A stretch of DNA of 32,000 bases, taken from the NCBI GenBank assembly GCA_004563595.2, contig CP042461.1, positions 210,001 to 242,000 on the forward strand, written 5' to 3'. The first letter of the stretch is position 1. Each line of letters opens with the position of its first letter. This DNA comes from Candidatus Saccharimonadota bacterium (GTDB taxonomy: Bacteria > Patescibacteriota > Gracilibacteria > BD1-5 > UBA6164). The notes under the pieces were generated by a model. That model was given only the letters and a program-made list of their open reading frames with translations. It had not been told where the DNA came from and made no database searches. The position numbers were made by a program, and so were the translations under genes. Shown here in pieces: positions 9,616 through 20,737 of the stretch.

Positions 9616-9999
9616 TTACAGTATTGCTTGGGCTATTACCATAATAACACCCATTACTAATATGAAACCTGCATCTGTCATGATCGTATATCTACTTTTT
9701 TGAGCCCATTTCCCATTACTTATTATCAGAGCCATAATGGTAATAATGATGAGAATAAGAGTTAAAAGTGCTTCGTTTTTTGCAGTAACTCAGACTACCC
9801 GAGCAAGTAAAAATGTTGCAATAAATTGTAATACCATAGCACAGGTCATATTTTTTGGATTATCTAATTTTAATCCATTTCATTCTGCCCATTTTGTGCC
9901 AAACATTTTTGGAGAATACCATAATGCACCAACACCAAAAGCTACAACTGCTCCTACTACTACTGCAATCCAGTTCACGTCTGTTATTAACTCGTTCAT
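9616..9999 (-). CDS. DUF1761-like small membrane protein
   Basis: The minus-strand frame is 128 codons with TGA=Gly. GVGALWYSPKMFGTKW is the DUF1761 hallmark. Plus-strand track ORF 9737..10099 is a shadow. Confidence 0.6.
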
Positions 10000-10150
10000 A
10001 ATATTTATTATTAATAATAAAAGTACATTTGTTATTATAGACGATATTTTAAATTTACAAATGAATCAATTTTTTCTACTCTATTTTTTATTTGATTAAT
10101 ATAAAAAATATTGTTTAGTCAACTTTATCCTTTAATAAAGGGATTTTCTT

Positions 10151-10178
10151 TTGACAGTAGGGTCTCAAAATATATACT
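10151..10178 (+). promoter_or_regulatory. sigma70-like promoter TTGACA-N16-TATACT
   Basis: The -35 box is at 10151-10156 and the -10 box at 10173-10178, about 45 nt upstream of the pilin gene. Confidence 0.5.
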
Positions 10179-10221
10179 TTTATTTAAATAGAGTTTATTA
10201 CCTCCTTAATGTTATAGATGT

Positions 10222-11844
10222 ATGCAACATATAAAAAATAAATGATTTACTTTAGTAGAGCTTATAGTTGTTATAACAATATTAATAATTCTTTGAACGA
10301 TAGCATTTATAAGTCTTCAATGATATACGAAATCAGCAAGGAATAGTACGAGAATATCAGATATAAAAAATACGGTAAATGTATTGGAACTTTTTTCTAT
10401 TAAGACAGGAAAATATCCACTTCCATGAAATGCTGTAGATAAAACAGCTTCATGAGGAACAGTCGTATTGTGGCAGTCATGAGATATGGATATAGTTGTT
10501 CAAAGGCAAGTTGAAAGACTTTCAAAAGTACCACTTGATCCGACAACAGGGGAGACGATGAAGTATGCAACGACATTAAGTAGAAAGGAGTATGAACTTA
10601 AATATGATTTTGAACTTGCACAGAATAGTGTTATAAATACAAGTTATGCCGAGGAAACTGCACCATATGTAAAATGAAACTATAATGGGTTATACCTATT
10701 AGCAGACAATAATACTTATTATTCAGTGCCGTGACTCCATACCTCTACAAATATACTTGATACAGCCGTAGATTTTGAGTTAAATAATCAGGTAGTTAAT
10801 TATCAAGTATGACCATTAACAAACTCATGAGTAACGCTTACAAAAACAAACCTAAGTACTAATTTTACTAATTTTGCTCTTGCTTTAAAAACAAGTTATG
10901 CGAGTGTACCTGAACTCAATGACGGTTTATATTCTGAGCTTATTAATATAGATGCCTCATCTGCAGAACTATTTATTGAAAATCTCTTGGATGCTAAAGC
11001 TGAAGCAGTCAATGCATGTGCTGCAAATCCATGATATACAAATACTACTTTTACCGCTTGATCACCCGCAAATGACGGTGAAGCATGGCAAAACACAAAT
11101 AGTGGAAACTCATGTTATTATGAGTGTACATGATGATACACTTGAAATGACTGTTCAGTAGAGCCTTTATACTGATGGAGAGCTTTAGATTCAAATTGTG
11201 ATATAGAAGATATATCACTCAACTCACAAGTATGGGCATGATGTAACTCTACCTTATGAGATTGATTTGAATGGGGGAAACAAGATAATGGGAATAATGG
11301 AACAATTATTTCATGTTATAATTATTCTTCTGTTAATAATGCAACATGTACGATATGAGATGTATCTATGGCAAGTAACACAAAGGCTAATACATGGTTT
11401 GCTGGTTCTAATGCAAATGGAGATCAGGAACAAGCTAATATATGGTGAAAACTCTATACATGGAATAATAGAGACAGCGCTTGTGGTACTTGATATCATG
11501 TGCCCAGTGATGCGGAATGGGAAGTACTAGAAACATATCTCAATGGATGAACAAATTGTAGAATAGGTCAAGATGGATGGAAATGTAGTGGCTTGGGATG
11601 GGAAGGACATAATTGAAAAACATCATCAAATAATATAGTTGAAGCTTTAAAGATCCCTTTAACATGATACCGTACATCTAATGGGAGCTCATTTACTTAT
11701 CGTGGATCGTATACTTTCTTATGGTCAAGTACTGAATCAGCAGGTAATGCTTATTATAGACGTGTACATTGGGATTATGACACAGTTGGTCGTGTTGCAG
11801 GGAATAAATGATTTGGATATTCTGTTCGTTGTATTAGAGATTAA
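10222..11844 (+). CDS. type IV pilin-like protein with C-terminal FISUMP (Fibrobacter succinogenes major paralogous) domain
   Basis: The class III signal is MQHIKNKG|FTLVELIVVITIL, with Glu5 present and the cleavage Gly encoded by TGA. The C-terminal part has GKLYTWNN..ACGTGYHVPSDAEWEVLETYL..FLWSST..GYSVRCIRD, the TIGR02145-type pattern. I checked all 541 codons and found no TAA or TAG. Confidence 0.85.
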
Positions 11845-11860
11845 GAATTGATAAATAAAT

Positions 11861-11899
11861 AAAAAGAGTCTTTCAGTTTTAACTGAAAGACTCTTTTTA
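11861..11899. terminator. bidirectional intrinsic terminator
   Basis: A 14-bp stem, AGAGTCTTTCAGTT/AACTGAAAGACTCT, is flanked by A-runs and T-runs. It sits between convergent genes. Confidence 0.8.
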
Positions 11900-11902
11900 T
11901 CT

Positions 11903-14425
11903 TTATATAGATGCTTGAGCAAGAGTATGAGCTGCTTTTTCTTTTGAATGATATCCCTTTAATTCTCTTATAATTTTAACAAGTGCATTGGCTATTTTTT
12001 TGTGCCTTATTTTATCATCTAAAGTTTTTGCTTTTCATGCAAGAGATACGTTTTCTAACCTATATTCTCTTAGTGCATCGACTGGATCTTGCGACTTTCA
12101 TCTATTATTGATTACTGTTCAAAGTCTAGCAATAACGTTTAGCTTTGTGGTATTTGAGAAGAGTTTATTAACTGCTTCTGACCAAAATGGATCTTCTATC
12201 GCATCAGAATAAGTACTCGCAAGTATTTCTGGAGTGACTTCTCAAGATTTTACAGCATTTATTGCTCTTATTGAAGCTTTTGTCATAGCAATAATATTTG
12301 ATTCTTTTCTTATCACTTTTGCATAAAATGAATTTTCCCCGGCTTGATCTACAAGTTTTTGCGTTGGGTAATATGCGTATCACTTGAAACCACTTTTAGG
12401 GCTATTCCCATTAATACTTCCACCTGGATGATCTTGAAGCCAAGGACCATGATGGTACCTTTCACCTATTTTTGTTTCAACATGACCACATTTTTCTCTA
12501 TCGGTTCTCTTACTCTTAACTTTATTTTCAACACCACATTCTTCTTTATTACCTTCTAGAGAGTCAATTATATTTGTTTGCGCATAAACAAGTGATGCGC
12601 CTCATTTTGCATTTCTTGGTATTCAAACATAGACTTTTATGAAATATCAGTCTTTTACTAATTGTTCATAGTATTCCTCATACTTATATCAATGCATACC
12701 TCAGACTGGTATTTTATGGTTTTTGTTGAGTCACATTTTTATATTCCTATGCTCAGTACCACACGATCAAAAATCATTTAGACTTTTGTGATGGTGAGTG
12801 ATATATTCTTCATCCATATGTGCAATTGCATAAGACCTTTCTCTTTCTTGGATGCTAGCTAAATATTCTTCTGGCTTTATGAGTGCTATTTTTGTTTGAT
12901 TAAAAATGAGGGGTCTTTGAGGAATGAATTCATTTTCATATTCAAATTTGCCAGTAGTTGCATTTCTCCTTACTAATTCCATTTCGTCTTTAAATTGGAG
13001 CGTAAGGTATTGTTGGCTAGCTGGAATAATTTCATCAAGTCTAGCAATAGATTCAACCTCTTTATTTTTAAATTGAAGTGTTATTGTTCAGTCAGTTCAT
13101 TTAGCAGCATGAGCAGCAAGTTTTTCTTTTTGAGTTCTTTCTTGGTATCTTTCAACTGGTCATAGATTTGCGAGTTCAATTTTTCTTAACTCTAGAGTGT
13201 TCGCAAATCTTACTTCGGTGTTATTGTATACTTTTACTCTTCATTTTTTTGATTTATTTAAAAAAGTAAATGCTTCAGTACTATTGTTTCTGTGAACCCA
13301 TCCTTGTCACTTTATATGCATAGCCATAATGGTTGGAGGGACAACCTCATGCATGGTTGATCTATTAAGTACTTCTTCATCTGGAAATTTGTATGCAAAG
13401 TATCAATTTTGTTCTGTAGTATATTTTTCAAATCTTTTTTCTTCTGAAAATGACTCGTACCAATTAATATTACTCAAGTATGTTTTATTAAGTAAATCTT
13501 CCATTGTAAAAAACCTTAATTTTGTACCTTTTGTCATATTTATAGGTTCTTCATTGCGGGTAAAGAATTCCTTAATTCCTGCTTTTCTGTATGCTATAGT
13601 TGCATAACTTCAATTGATTACTTTTACAACAAAAATATTTTCAGGGATTATTTGATTAATATCTAGTGACCTATTTGTTGTAATGCTAAATTTCCTTTTT
13701 CATTTATTTACTGCATCAAATATTAATTCTGCAGTTTTAATATTTGGATCTTCTCCTGCTAATTTTTCTTGAATAGGTTCTATCTCTGTTTCATTAGATT
13801 CATTTTCTACTGTTTGAATTTGGGTTGTTTGTATAGAATTTGATTCAGTTTGAGCTATTTGTTCACTTGGAAGAGTTTTTACGCTTTCTTTTACATAAAT
13901 GATATCTCAAATTTCTATTTTATTGATATTAGCTATTTGTGGATTCAGTTTTATAATTTCTTCATTTGTCATATTATGTCTTATCGCTATAGCAAAAAGA
14001 CCATCTTCATCAGATGTTCATACTATATATTCTAAGACTCAAAAACCCTCTTTTCTAATTCTTATTTGTTCATTAGGGTATATCTTATCCTCTCTTCATT
14101 GAAACCCTGGATTCATTTTTGATAAATCAGCGAGAGGTATGTCAAATTTTTCAGCGATTCGTCACCAAATATCATCTTTTTGCACTGTGTAAAACATTGC
14201 TTCATTTTCTTTTCATTTGAGACTGAGGCTATGATCGTTTCAATTGTTTGTTGGCTGTTCTGATTGATCTGGTCATTTACTCGCATGTACTAGAGAAGAT
14301 CATAGCATAACAATTGAAAGTGCTGACGCTATAACTCAGTTTTTTATAGCATTGATTTTTTGAGAAATTTTTCCTATTCAATTTATATTCTTTAGATCAT
14401 TCGATCATTGCGTGAGAATATTCAT
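11903..14425 (-). CDS. secreted/membrane-anchored protein with two LysM domains and a large uncharacterised C-terminal region
   Basis: The frame is 841 codons with TGA=Gly and in frame with track ORF 12767..12982. LysM repeats are YTVQKDDIWGRIAEKFDIPLADLSKMNPG and YIVGTSDEDGLFAIAIRHNMTNEEIIKLNP. Plus-strand track ORFs in this span are shadows. Confidence 0.75.
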
Positions 14426-14642
14426 AGTAGCAACTTAAATAATAATGGTATTGTATATTTTATGTATTATTGAAAGTATGTCAATTTTATTTATTAAATC
14501 AGAGTTAAAACTATCTGAATACTTAGTTTTTGTTGTTTTCGGAAAAATATCACAATTACTAAACCGAGTAAAATCAAAATAATCATTTGGATTTTCTGGC
14601 TTTTTTAATAGTATTTTTTTATTATATTTTATAAAAAATAAT

Positions 14643-15983
14643 ATGGACCTGAACACACAAATAGTCATTTATCTTTTTATTTATTTTACATTTATTGTTT
14701 GATACTCAATTTTTATATCAAGAAAACAAAGTAAAGAAGATTTTTTAATCTCCTCTCGAAATAGAAATTGGTTTTCTATATGAATGAGTAAATATGCAAC
14801 CAGTATCTGAGCAGCTTGGTTTATAACATATACAGCCTATATTTATGAATTTGGATTGGGAGTTTTTTCAGTAGTGATATGATATATTGTCGCTATGTTT
14901 ATTTTAGCATTTTATATAGCTCCAAAGTTACATAAAATATCAAAGAAAGAAAAATTTTTAAAGATATGAGATATAGTATTTTTTAAAACAAAAAGTAAGC
15001 TTGTTGAAAGCATCTCAAATATCAGTTCAACTCTGATTCTTTTTGTATGGTTGCTTGTGGTCGTGGTATGATGAGCAAATTTGATATCCTATTTTGGGAT
15101 CTTATCATATGAAGTTTCATTGCTATCTATATTAGCTGTAGTATGAGTATATCTCTATTTTATTTGATATAAATGAGTGGTTACAACAGATATCTTACAA
15201 TCAAGTATCATTGTTTTAGTTTTATTTGTGGTAAGTTATTATTTATTTAATAAAAGCGATCTTACAATTTTAGCAGATGTGGAGTTTAAAGAGATCAGTA
15301 TATGAACTGCAGTTGGATTTTTAATATATGGAATATTCTCTACGTTCTCATTTATTGATAGATATCAACTTATGTTTAGCTGAGCAGATGAGAAAAATAT
15401 CAAGAGGTGATTTCTGTTTGTTGTCCCTTTGATGTTATTCACTGTATTATTACTATTGATAGTGTGATTTTTTGTAAAAAATGAAATAGCTGGTTTAGAT
15501 CCTTCATTTGTATTTTTAAAAGCAATAGAGCTCTATGTACCACAAACATTCATCCCTATTGCAATGGTGATGTTTTTTGCAGCTGTAATGTCTTCTATAG
15601 ATTCATATATATATTGAATTTCTTCACATATTAACTTTTTAAAAATAAAAGATAAAATCAAAAATGTAAGAATAAATGCGCTTATTACTGTTATATTATC
15701 ATTTATTTTTGCTTATTTTATTAGAAATATTATAGATATCACTGTCTTTGCTGCTGGCTTTTCTCTTATTTTGTCAATCCCTATGATATATTTATTCTGG
15801 GGGAAGAATTTTGAAACAAAACAAAAAGGTGTTTCAAGATTTATATTCTCATTTATTTTCTCGATCATTGGCCTGATAGTTTGAATATCAATCTTTTGAC
15901 TTACTCCGACTATTGCTTTGTTTCCAATATTATTTGGGGGGATTGGTTTGTTTATAAATCTGGAGAAAATAAATAATGCTTAG
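14643..15983 (+). CDS. sodium:solute symporter-like polytopic membrane transporter
   Basis: The frame is 446 codons with TGA=Gly and has about 12 hydrophobic segments. The N-terminal FLISSRNRNWFSIGMSKYATSIGAAWF resembles the SSF family. Confidence 0.6.
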
Positions 15984-16041
15984 ATTTGATACAATTATAA
16001 GTTAATTATACCTAATTCATGATTATTGTATAGTGTATTAT

Positions 16042-16069
16042 TTGACACAGGAAAAATAATCCCTATTAT
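16042..16069 (+). promoter_or_regulatory. sigma70-like promoter TTGACA-N16-TATTAT
   Basis: The -35 box is at 16042-16047 and the -10 box at 16064-16069. An AAGGAGG Shine-Dalgarno (SD) site lies a few nt before ATG 16129. Confidence 0.45.
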
Positions 16070-16128
16070 TGGTTGCACTAATCAATGATGTTTAGTTGAA
16101 AACAAAAATCAAATAAGGAGGTTCTCAA

Positions 16129-17346
16129 ATGGATTCCACTACAAAAACACCAGAGGTATTGGAAACATTTTTGAAAAAATGTAAGGATATTATGCTGAAG
16201 CAAGAGCCTGACTCACGAGGAAGGTTAAGTTATTTAGATGGTTGGAGAGGATTAGCTATTTCGATAGTGCTTATAAGTCACTTTCTAGCAGTAAGTAAGG
16301 TCTTACCGTTTCATAGGATTGATATCGGTAGATTCGGAGTAGACATATTTTTTGTTCTCTCTGCAATGTTGATGGCAAATATCTTATTCATTAAGAAGAT
16401 GGATCTTTCTACTTTTTATAAAAGAAGAGTTAGTAGGATTTTTCCTGTACTTGTAACTTATATTGTACTTGTATATGCTATAAGTGCTGCTTTGGGACTA
16501 GGGTCAACAGATGAATGGAAGAATTTTTTCTATACATTGTTTTCTGTAAGAGGTTATATTACTGAAGGAGCAGATCTTTGGAATACGGGCTATGCTATTG
16601 GACATTTATGGTCATTGAATGCGGAAGAGCATGTATATCTTGTGTTTGGAGGACTTGCATTTCTTGCAAGTTTTGGTGTATTTAGTATTTTAGATAAGAA
16701 AGAGTCTATAGGGGTGGTGTTAATTACCCTTGGAGTTGCTTCAATCTTACTAAAGTATAGTTATGCTGTATTTCCATCAATTAAACCAGAAGGTGCACAA
16801 TTTAGAACAGAGATAATAGCAAGTCATATGCTGATATCAGCTGGATATTTTTTGCTTAAGGATTGGATTTGGGCTGCACTGAAGAACTGGTTTGGAATAT
16901 CTATTCCATCATGGTTACCTCTCATAGCATTTTTGCTGGCTATGTCTACCTATTCTTGGTTTGCTCCTTGGCAAGCATCTTTTGTTCTTTCCCCATTTTT
17001 GTTGTCTTTCACGGTGAATCACCTTGATAAAATGCCTTCGTTTGTAAATGCTATTCTGACATTTAAGCCGTTAAGGTATCTTGGAATATGGTCATATTCC
17101 ATATATTTATTGCATTATCCGTTTTATATTTACGGTGTAAAATATGGAGATTCACCTTATGTAGCAGGACCACCACTGCTTTTTCTTTCAATAGTTATTG
17201 GTGCTTTATCATTCTATATATTTGAAAACCCTGCGAGGACGTATTTAAATAAAAAGAAATGGTTTAAAGAGACTGGTAAAGCTGTTGAAACAAGTAAGGA
17301 AGTTAAAAGACCTTTACATGTTACTTATAAGCCGACAGGCAATTAA
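16129..17346 (+). CDS. acyltransferase family 3 (OafA/YrhL-type) membrane O-acyltransferase
   Basis: Motifs are LDGWRGLAISIVLISH, GVDIFFVLSAML, FYKRRVSRIFP, HLWSLNAEEHVY and GIWSYSIYLLHYP. The ORF is intact in the standard code because it contains no TGA codon. Confidence 0.9.
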   Translation: MDSTTKTPEVLETFLKKCKDIMLKQEPDSRGRLSYLDGWRGLAISIVLISHFLAVSKVLPFHRIDIGRFGVDIFFVLSAMLMANILFIKKMDLSTFYKRRVSRIFPVLVTYIVLVYAISAALGLGSTDEWKNFFYTLFSVRGYITEGADLWNTGYAIGHLWSLNAEEHVYLVFGGLAFLASFGVFSILDKKESIGVVLITLGVASILLKYSYAVFPSIKPEGAQFRTEIIASHMLISAGYFLLKDWIWAALKNWFGISIPSWLPLIAFLLAMSTYSWFAPWQASFVLSPFLLSFTVNHLDKMPSFVNAILTFKPLRYLGIWSYSIYLLHYPFYIYGVKYGDSPYVAGPPLLFLSIVIGALSFYIFENPARTYLNKKKWFKETGKAVETSKEVKRPLHVTYKPTGN

Positions 17347-17435
17347 ATAACTTGTAATATTAAAAGGATTTTTTTTATTATATTTCTTTCTTCAATTGAG
17401 TCTTTCAATTGTTGTAAATGAAAGGTAAACAACCT

Positions 17436-17472
17436 AAAACCTCAGAGCGATAGCTCTGGGGTTTTCTTTTTT
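17436..17472 (+). terminator. intrinsic terminator
   Basis: The hairpin AAAACCTCAGAGC-GATA-GCTCTGGGGTTTT is followed by a T-rich tract. Confidence 0.8.
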
Positions 17473-17654
17473 GTATTTATTGTAAATACAAAAGGTTTAT
17501 TTTTCTTTTTTGCTCAAGAATCAATTTCTAAGAGAGTTATATTTTATATATTAACAAATAATACTCTTTTTCGTCTATATATTTTATTAAAAAGTTTATG
17601 TAGTATCGTGATTATACTTATTGTTATAGTCATATATTCTGTAAGTTGAAGATT

Positions 17655-19640
17655 ATGAACACACAAAAACAAGCCTTTACACTGGTTGAGTTAATAGTAG
17701 TTATAACAATATTAGCTATTTTATCGACAATAGCATTTATAAGCCTTCAATGATACTCTGAAGATGCAAGAGATAGTACGAGAATAAGTGATATCAATAA
17801 CATAAAGATATCACTGGAACTTTTCTCACTGGCAACATGAAAATATCCACTTCCAGATAATTCACAAGACGTTACATATAGTTGATCTACACTATGGAAT
17901 CAATGAACGATCTGAAACCAAGTTATAACCAACCTATCAAGAAATTTATCAAAAATACCAACTGACCCCCTCTATGGAACAGAATATGTATATTCTACTC
18001 TTGAAAATAAAAAAGAATATGAGCTTATGAGTTTATATGAATGAAGTAATGTATCAAGTAATGGACTATTAAATACCACCTATGCAGCAACAAATACAAC
18101 TGTAAGAATGGATGGAACATATAACTGACTTTTTATAAAGACAGCAAACTACATAATACCAACACCCAGTATTATAACCGCAGATACATTACCATGAGTA
18201 CTTGATTCAGAGTTAATACAATCACAAGTAACCAATGGGGGAACGAATATTCCAAATATGTGAATTGCAAAGATTTCAGTATCAACAGGAGCATTATCAA
18301 ACTTATCATTATCTGTTTATAATGGATCTATCAATGAAGATTCATCTGCAGTAGAGAAACTCGCTGTATATCAAGCATTAGAATGAGCTTATTCAGGTTC
18401 AAGTTTAGCAAATAAATGAATCTACAAAACACTATTAGCTCAAACTACAGATGATGAAAAAGTAACTTTTACTCATTCGGTTGTGGTAAATGATAGCTCT
18501 GAACATAACCTAATTACTGGAACATGTGATAATGCAACAAAGCCAACAGATAATGGAAATATAGCATATATCGAGAACCCAACATGAGAAAATCAAGCAT
18601 ATGTACAAGATGGAGGAGAATGTTGATATACCTGTACTGGTTGATATACGTGAGTGAGTTGTGATATCATTCCTGCACTTATAACAAGCGCAAACTGTAC
18701 ATATGCAAATTGGATATGGATATCAAGTTGATATGATGTGAACATCTGAACAAGTCAATGAGATTGATTTTGTATATCGCCAAGAATGTGAACTTTTTGA
18801 GAATGAGCAACTGATGGTATGCCATGGAATGGATGGTGAAATGATCTTGTGAATGGAAGTTTTTGAGGTTGGGATAGTAATGCTGTAGATGATACTTCAA
18901 ATACATCAGTAGCAAAATATGGACAAACAAAACTCTTAGATACTGATAGTTGATATACTTGTGTAATATTATGATCAGCGAGTAGTGATTATGACCTCAC
19001 AGATGCTCAAGGAGATACTATTTATAATAGAATGAAATGGTTAGCTACCAATCAGTCAAATCTTACTGAGTTGCAGAATATTGATTGGATACAAAATGCT
19101 ACTCCACCAAATGGGCACTCAGTATCAGCATTATTTTTATCAGATTGTATAGATGGGGTAAAAGATTTATGAACAACAATGAGTTATATTCATAATGATG
19201 GGAATTCAGAGGAAATTACATATGCTGAATATAATACAGATGTAAGTTCAACTACATCTGGTTGAGATTTATCAAATACTACGTATCAAAATAGGCAAAA
19301 ATATTTAACTGCGTGGACTCAAGAAGTAGGCTCACACCTCCCGAGTGCATTTAGTTATATTATCAGTTGAAACGCTTCGGCAAATGATACTGTTTGAGAT
19401 TTTCTTACATGAACAGATAGGTGAGAATACCAAATGGCATGTGATAATTGATTGTTAACAGATCTTGAGGGGAACCCAGATCAAAAATGGATATGGCTAT
19501 CAGCTATTGGTTGAATGAGTGGGAATTATTGGGGAGCTGGTGCTCGTATAATCTGAGAAACTGCTTGTGATAATCAACATCATAGTAGTACTGGTGGTCG
19601 TGATGGAAGTAAAGCTGCAAGGTTTATAGTTCGTCCATAA
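17655..19640 (+). CDS. large type IV pilin-like protein (661 aa), paralog of 10222..11844
   Basis: The N-terminus is MNTQKQA|FTLVELIVVITILAILSTIAFISLQGY. I translated it line by line with TGA=Gly and found no TAA or TAG in 661 codons. It carries the Cys-rich motif ECGYTCTGGYTGVSC. Confidence 0.8.
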
Positions 19641-19646
19641 ATATTT

Positions 19647-19682
19647 AAAAAATAGCTTCTGTAATTACAGAAGCTATTTTTT
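19647..19682 (+). terminator. intrinsic terminator
   Basis: The hairpin AATAGCTTCTGTAA/TTACAGAAGCTATT is followed by a T-run. Confidence 0.8.
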
Positions 19683-19746
19683 AAATAGACTTTGGTTTGA
19701 TAATAATTACAATGGGAAATAATAAAATATTTCTCAATGCTTACTT

Positions 19747-20664
19747 ATGGATACATTTAACGACAAAATACTTTTTAAGTCAAGGCAACACAAAATTGTA
19801 TTATTTTTCAATTTCATACCATTATTTTTGCTTTTTATTCTCCCTCTTTTGGTAGGAACTTATTTTCTATTGGAGTTAACAATACTCAGTTTGTCTCTTA
19901 TTTTTACTGCATTATGTCTTATAAGCTTTGCGTGGGTATATTTTTTCTGGAGTAAATCTTATTTTTTGATTACAAATAAAAAACTATCTATCAAAGTAAG
20001 AAATGGGATATTTTCAAAATACCATATGAGTATTTATTTTAAGAATATCAAAGATATAGCATATGCAAAAAATAACATCTTTCATTATATGTTTAATTAT
20101 GGGACCTTCTTTGCGAGAAGTTCAGCCTGAGCAAGTGGAGATTTTGAGTGAGCAGCACTTCCAAAGGTAGAAATAATATATAAATATGTAAATAATATAT
20201 ATCTTTTAGCAGAAGAAAAAAGAGAGCTTTTAGATTCTCTTGAATCTATAGATTCAGGTATGCTTTTGAAAAAAGAAGTCAAAGAACCTTTTGAGGAAGC
20301 TATCCAAAAAGAACAAAAAATATTATGAGATATTCAATGAATAAAAGAAGTTGTATTATTAAATGATAAGGACAGGTCTTTTATTTTTGAAAATGAAGAG
20401 GATAGAAATCATGGGGTTTATGAACTGTTAAGAAAAAAGATAGCATTTGTAGTGACTCATGATTCAAGCTTGAGAGAACCTGATGAATCTATTGTATTGC
20501 AAAAATGAGAAAAAGTTATTTTCCCAACGGTAAAGTTTCATGAAATAAAAAGAGACTGAGTTATCTCAGCCTCTCCATCTCTCAAGGTCCATAATTACTT
20601 GAAAGATAAATTTGAAAATCTTTGAACAGATGATGCTACTATTTTGATAGGGTTTGATATGTAG
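19747..20664 (+). CDS. membrane protein with bacterial PH (YdbT/bPH_2-like) domain
   Basis: Two N-terminal transmembrane (TM) segments are followed by YFLITNKKLSIKVRNGIFSKYHMSIYFKNIKDI. Track ORF 19747..20130 continues through several TGA to TAG 20662-20664. Confidence 0.5.
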
Positions 20665-20668
20665 ATTT

Positions 20669-20734
20669 TTAATCATCCATTCCAGAATGAGTCCAATCAG
20701 ATTTTGCATGTCGTATTATGAAGAGAGTTTTCAT
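20669..20734 (-). pseudogene. 21-codon remnant of a histidine phosphatase (SixA/PGAM-type) gene
   Basis: MKTLFIIRHAKSDWTHSGMDD* keeps the catalytic RHA(K)S..W N-terminal motif. The frame stops where the 3' end of the convergent gene begins. Confidence 0.4.
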
Positions 20735-20737
20735 ATG

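Noticed and set aside
9737-10099. Standard-code ORFs on the track that lie opposite or out of frame to the re-translated genes. Examples are 9737..10099 +, 11988..12212 +, 12344..12559 +, 13329..13607 +, 13850..14102 +, 20978..21181 +, 21763..22045 -, 26443..26661 + and 27403..27672 +.
   Set aside because: Their products are low-complexity or implausible. They overlap long code-25 frames on the other strand or frame that carry clear family motifs, so they are shadow ORFs.
10127-10152. An orphan hairpin, ATCCTTTAATAAAGGGAT followed by a T-rich run, abutting the -35 box of the pilin promoter.
   Set aside because: No plus-strand transcription unit upstream needs terminating, and I could not find a convincing promoter for a small RNA. 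It could equally be an operator or a chance AT-rich palindrome.
19440-19640. Diversity-generating retroelement target: the pilin C-terminus ends ..GGRDGSKAARFIVRP, reminiscent of CLec/FGE-type variable regions.
   Set aside because: There is no reverse transcriptase and no template-repeat copy of this segment anywhere in the window. The resemblance is weak.
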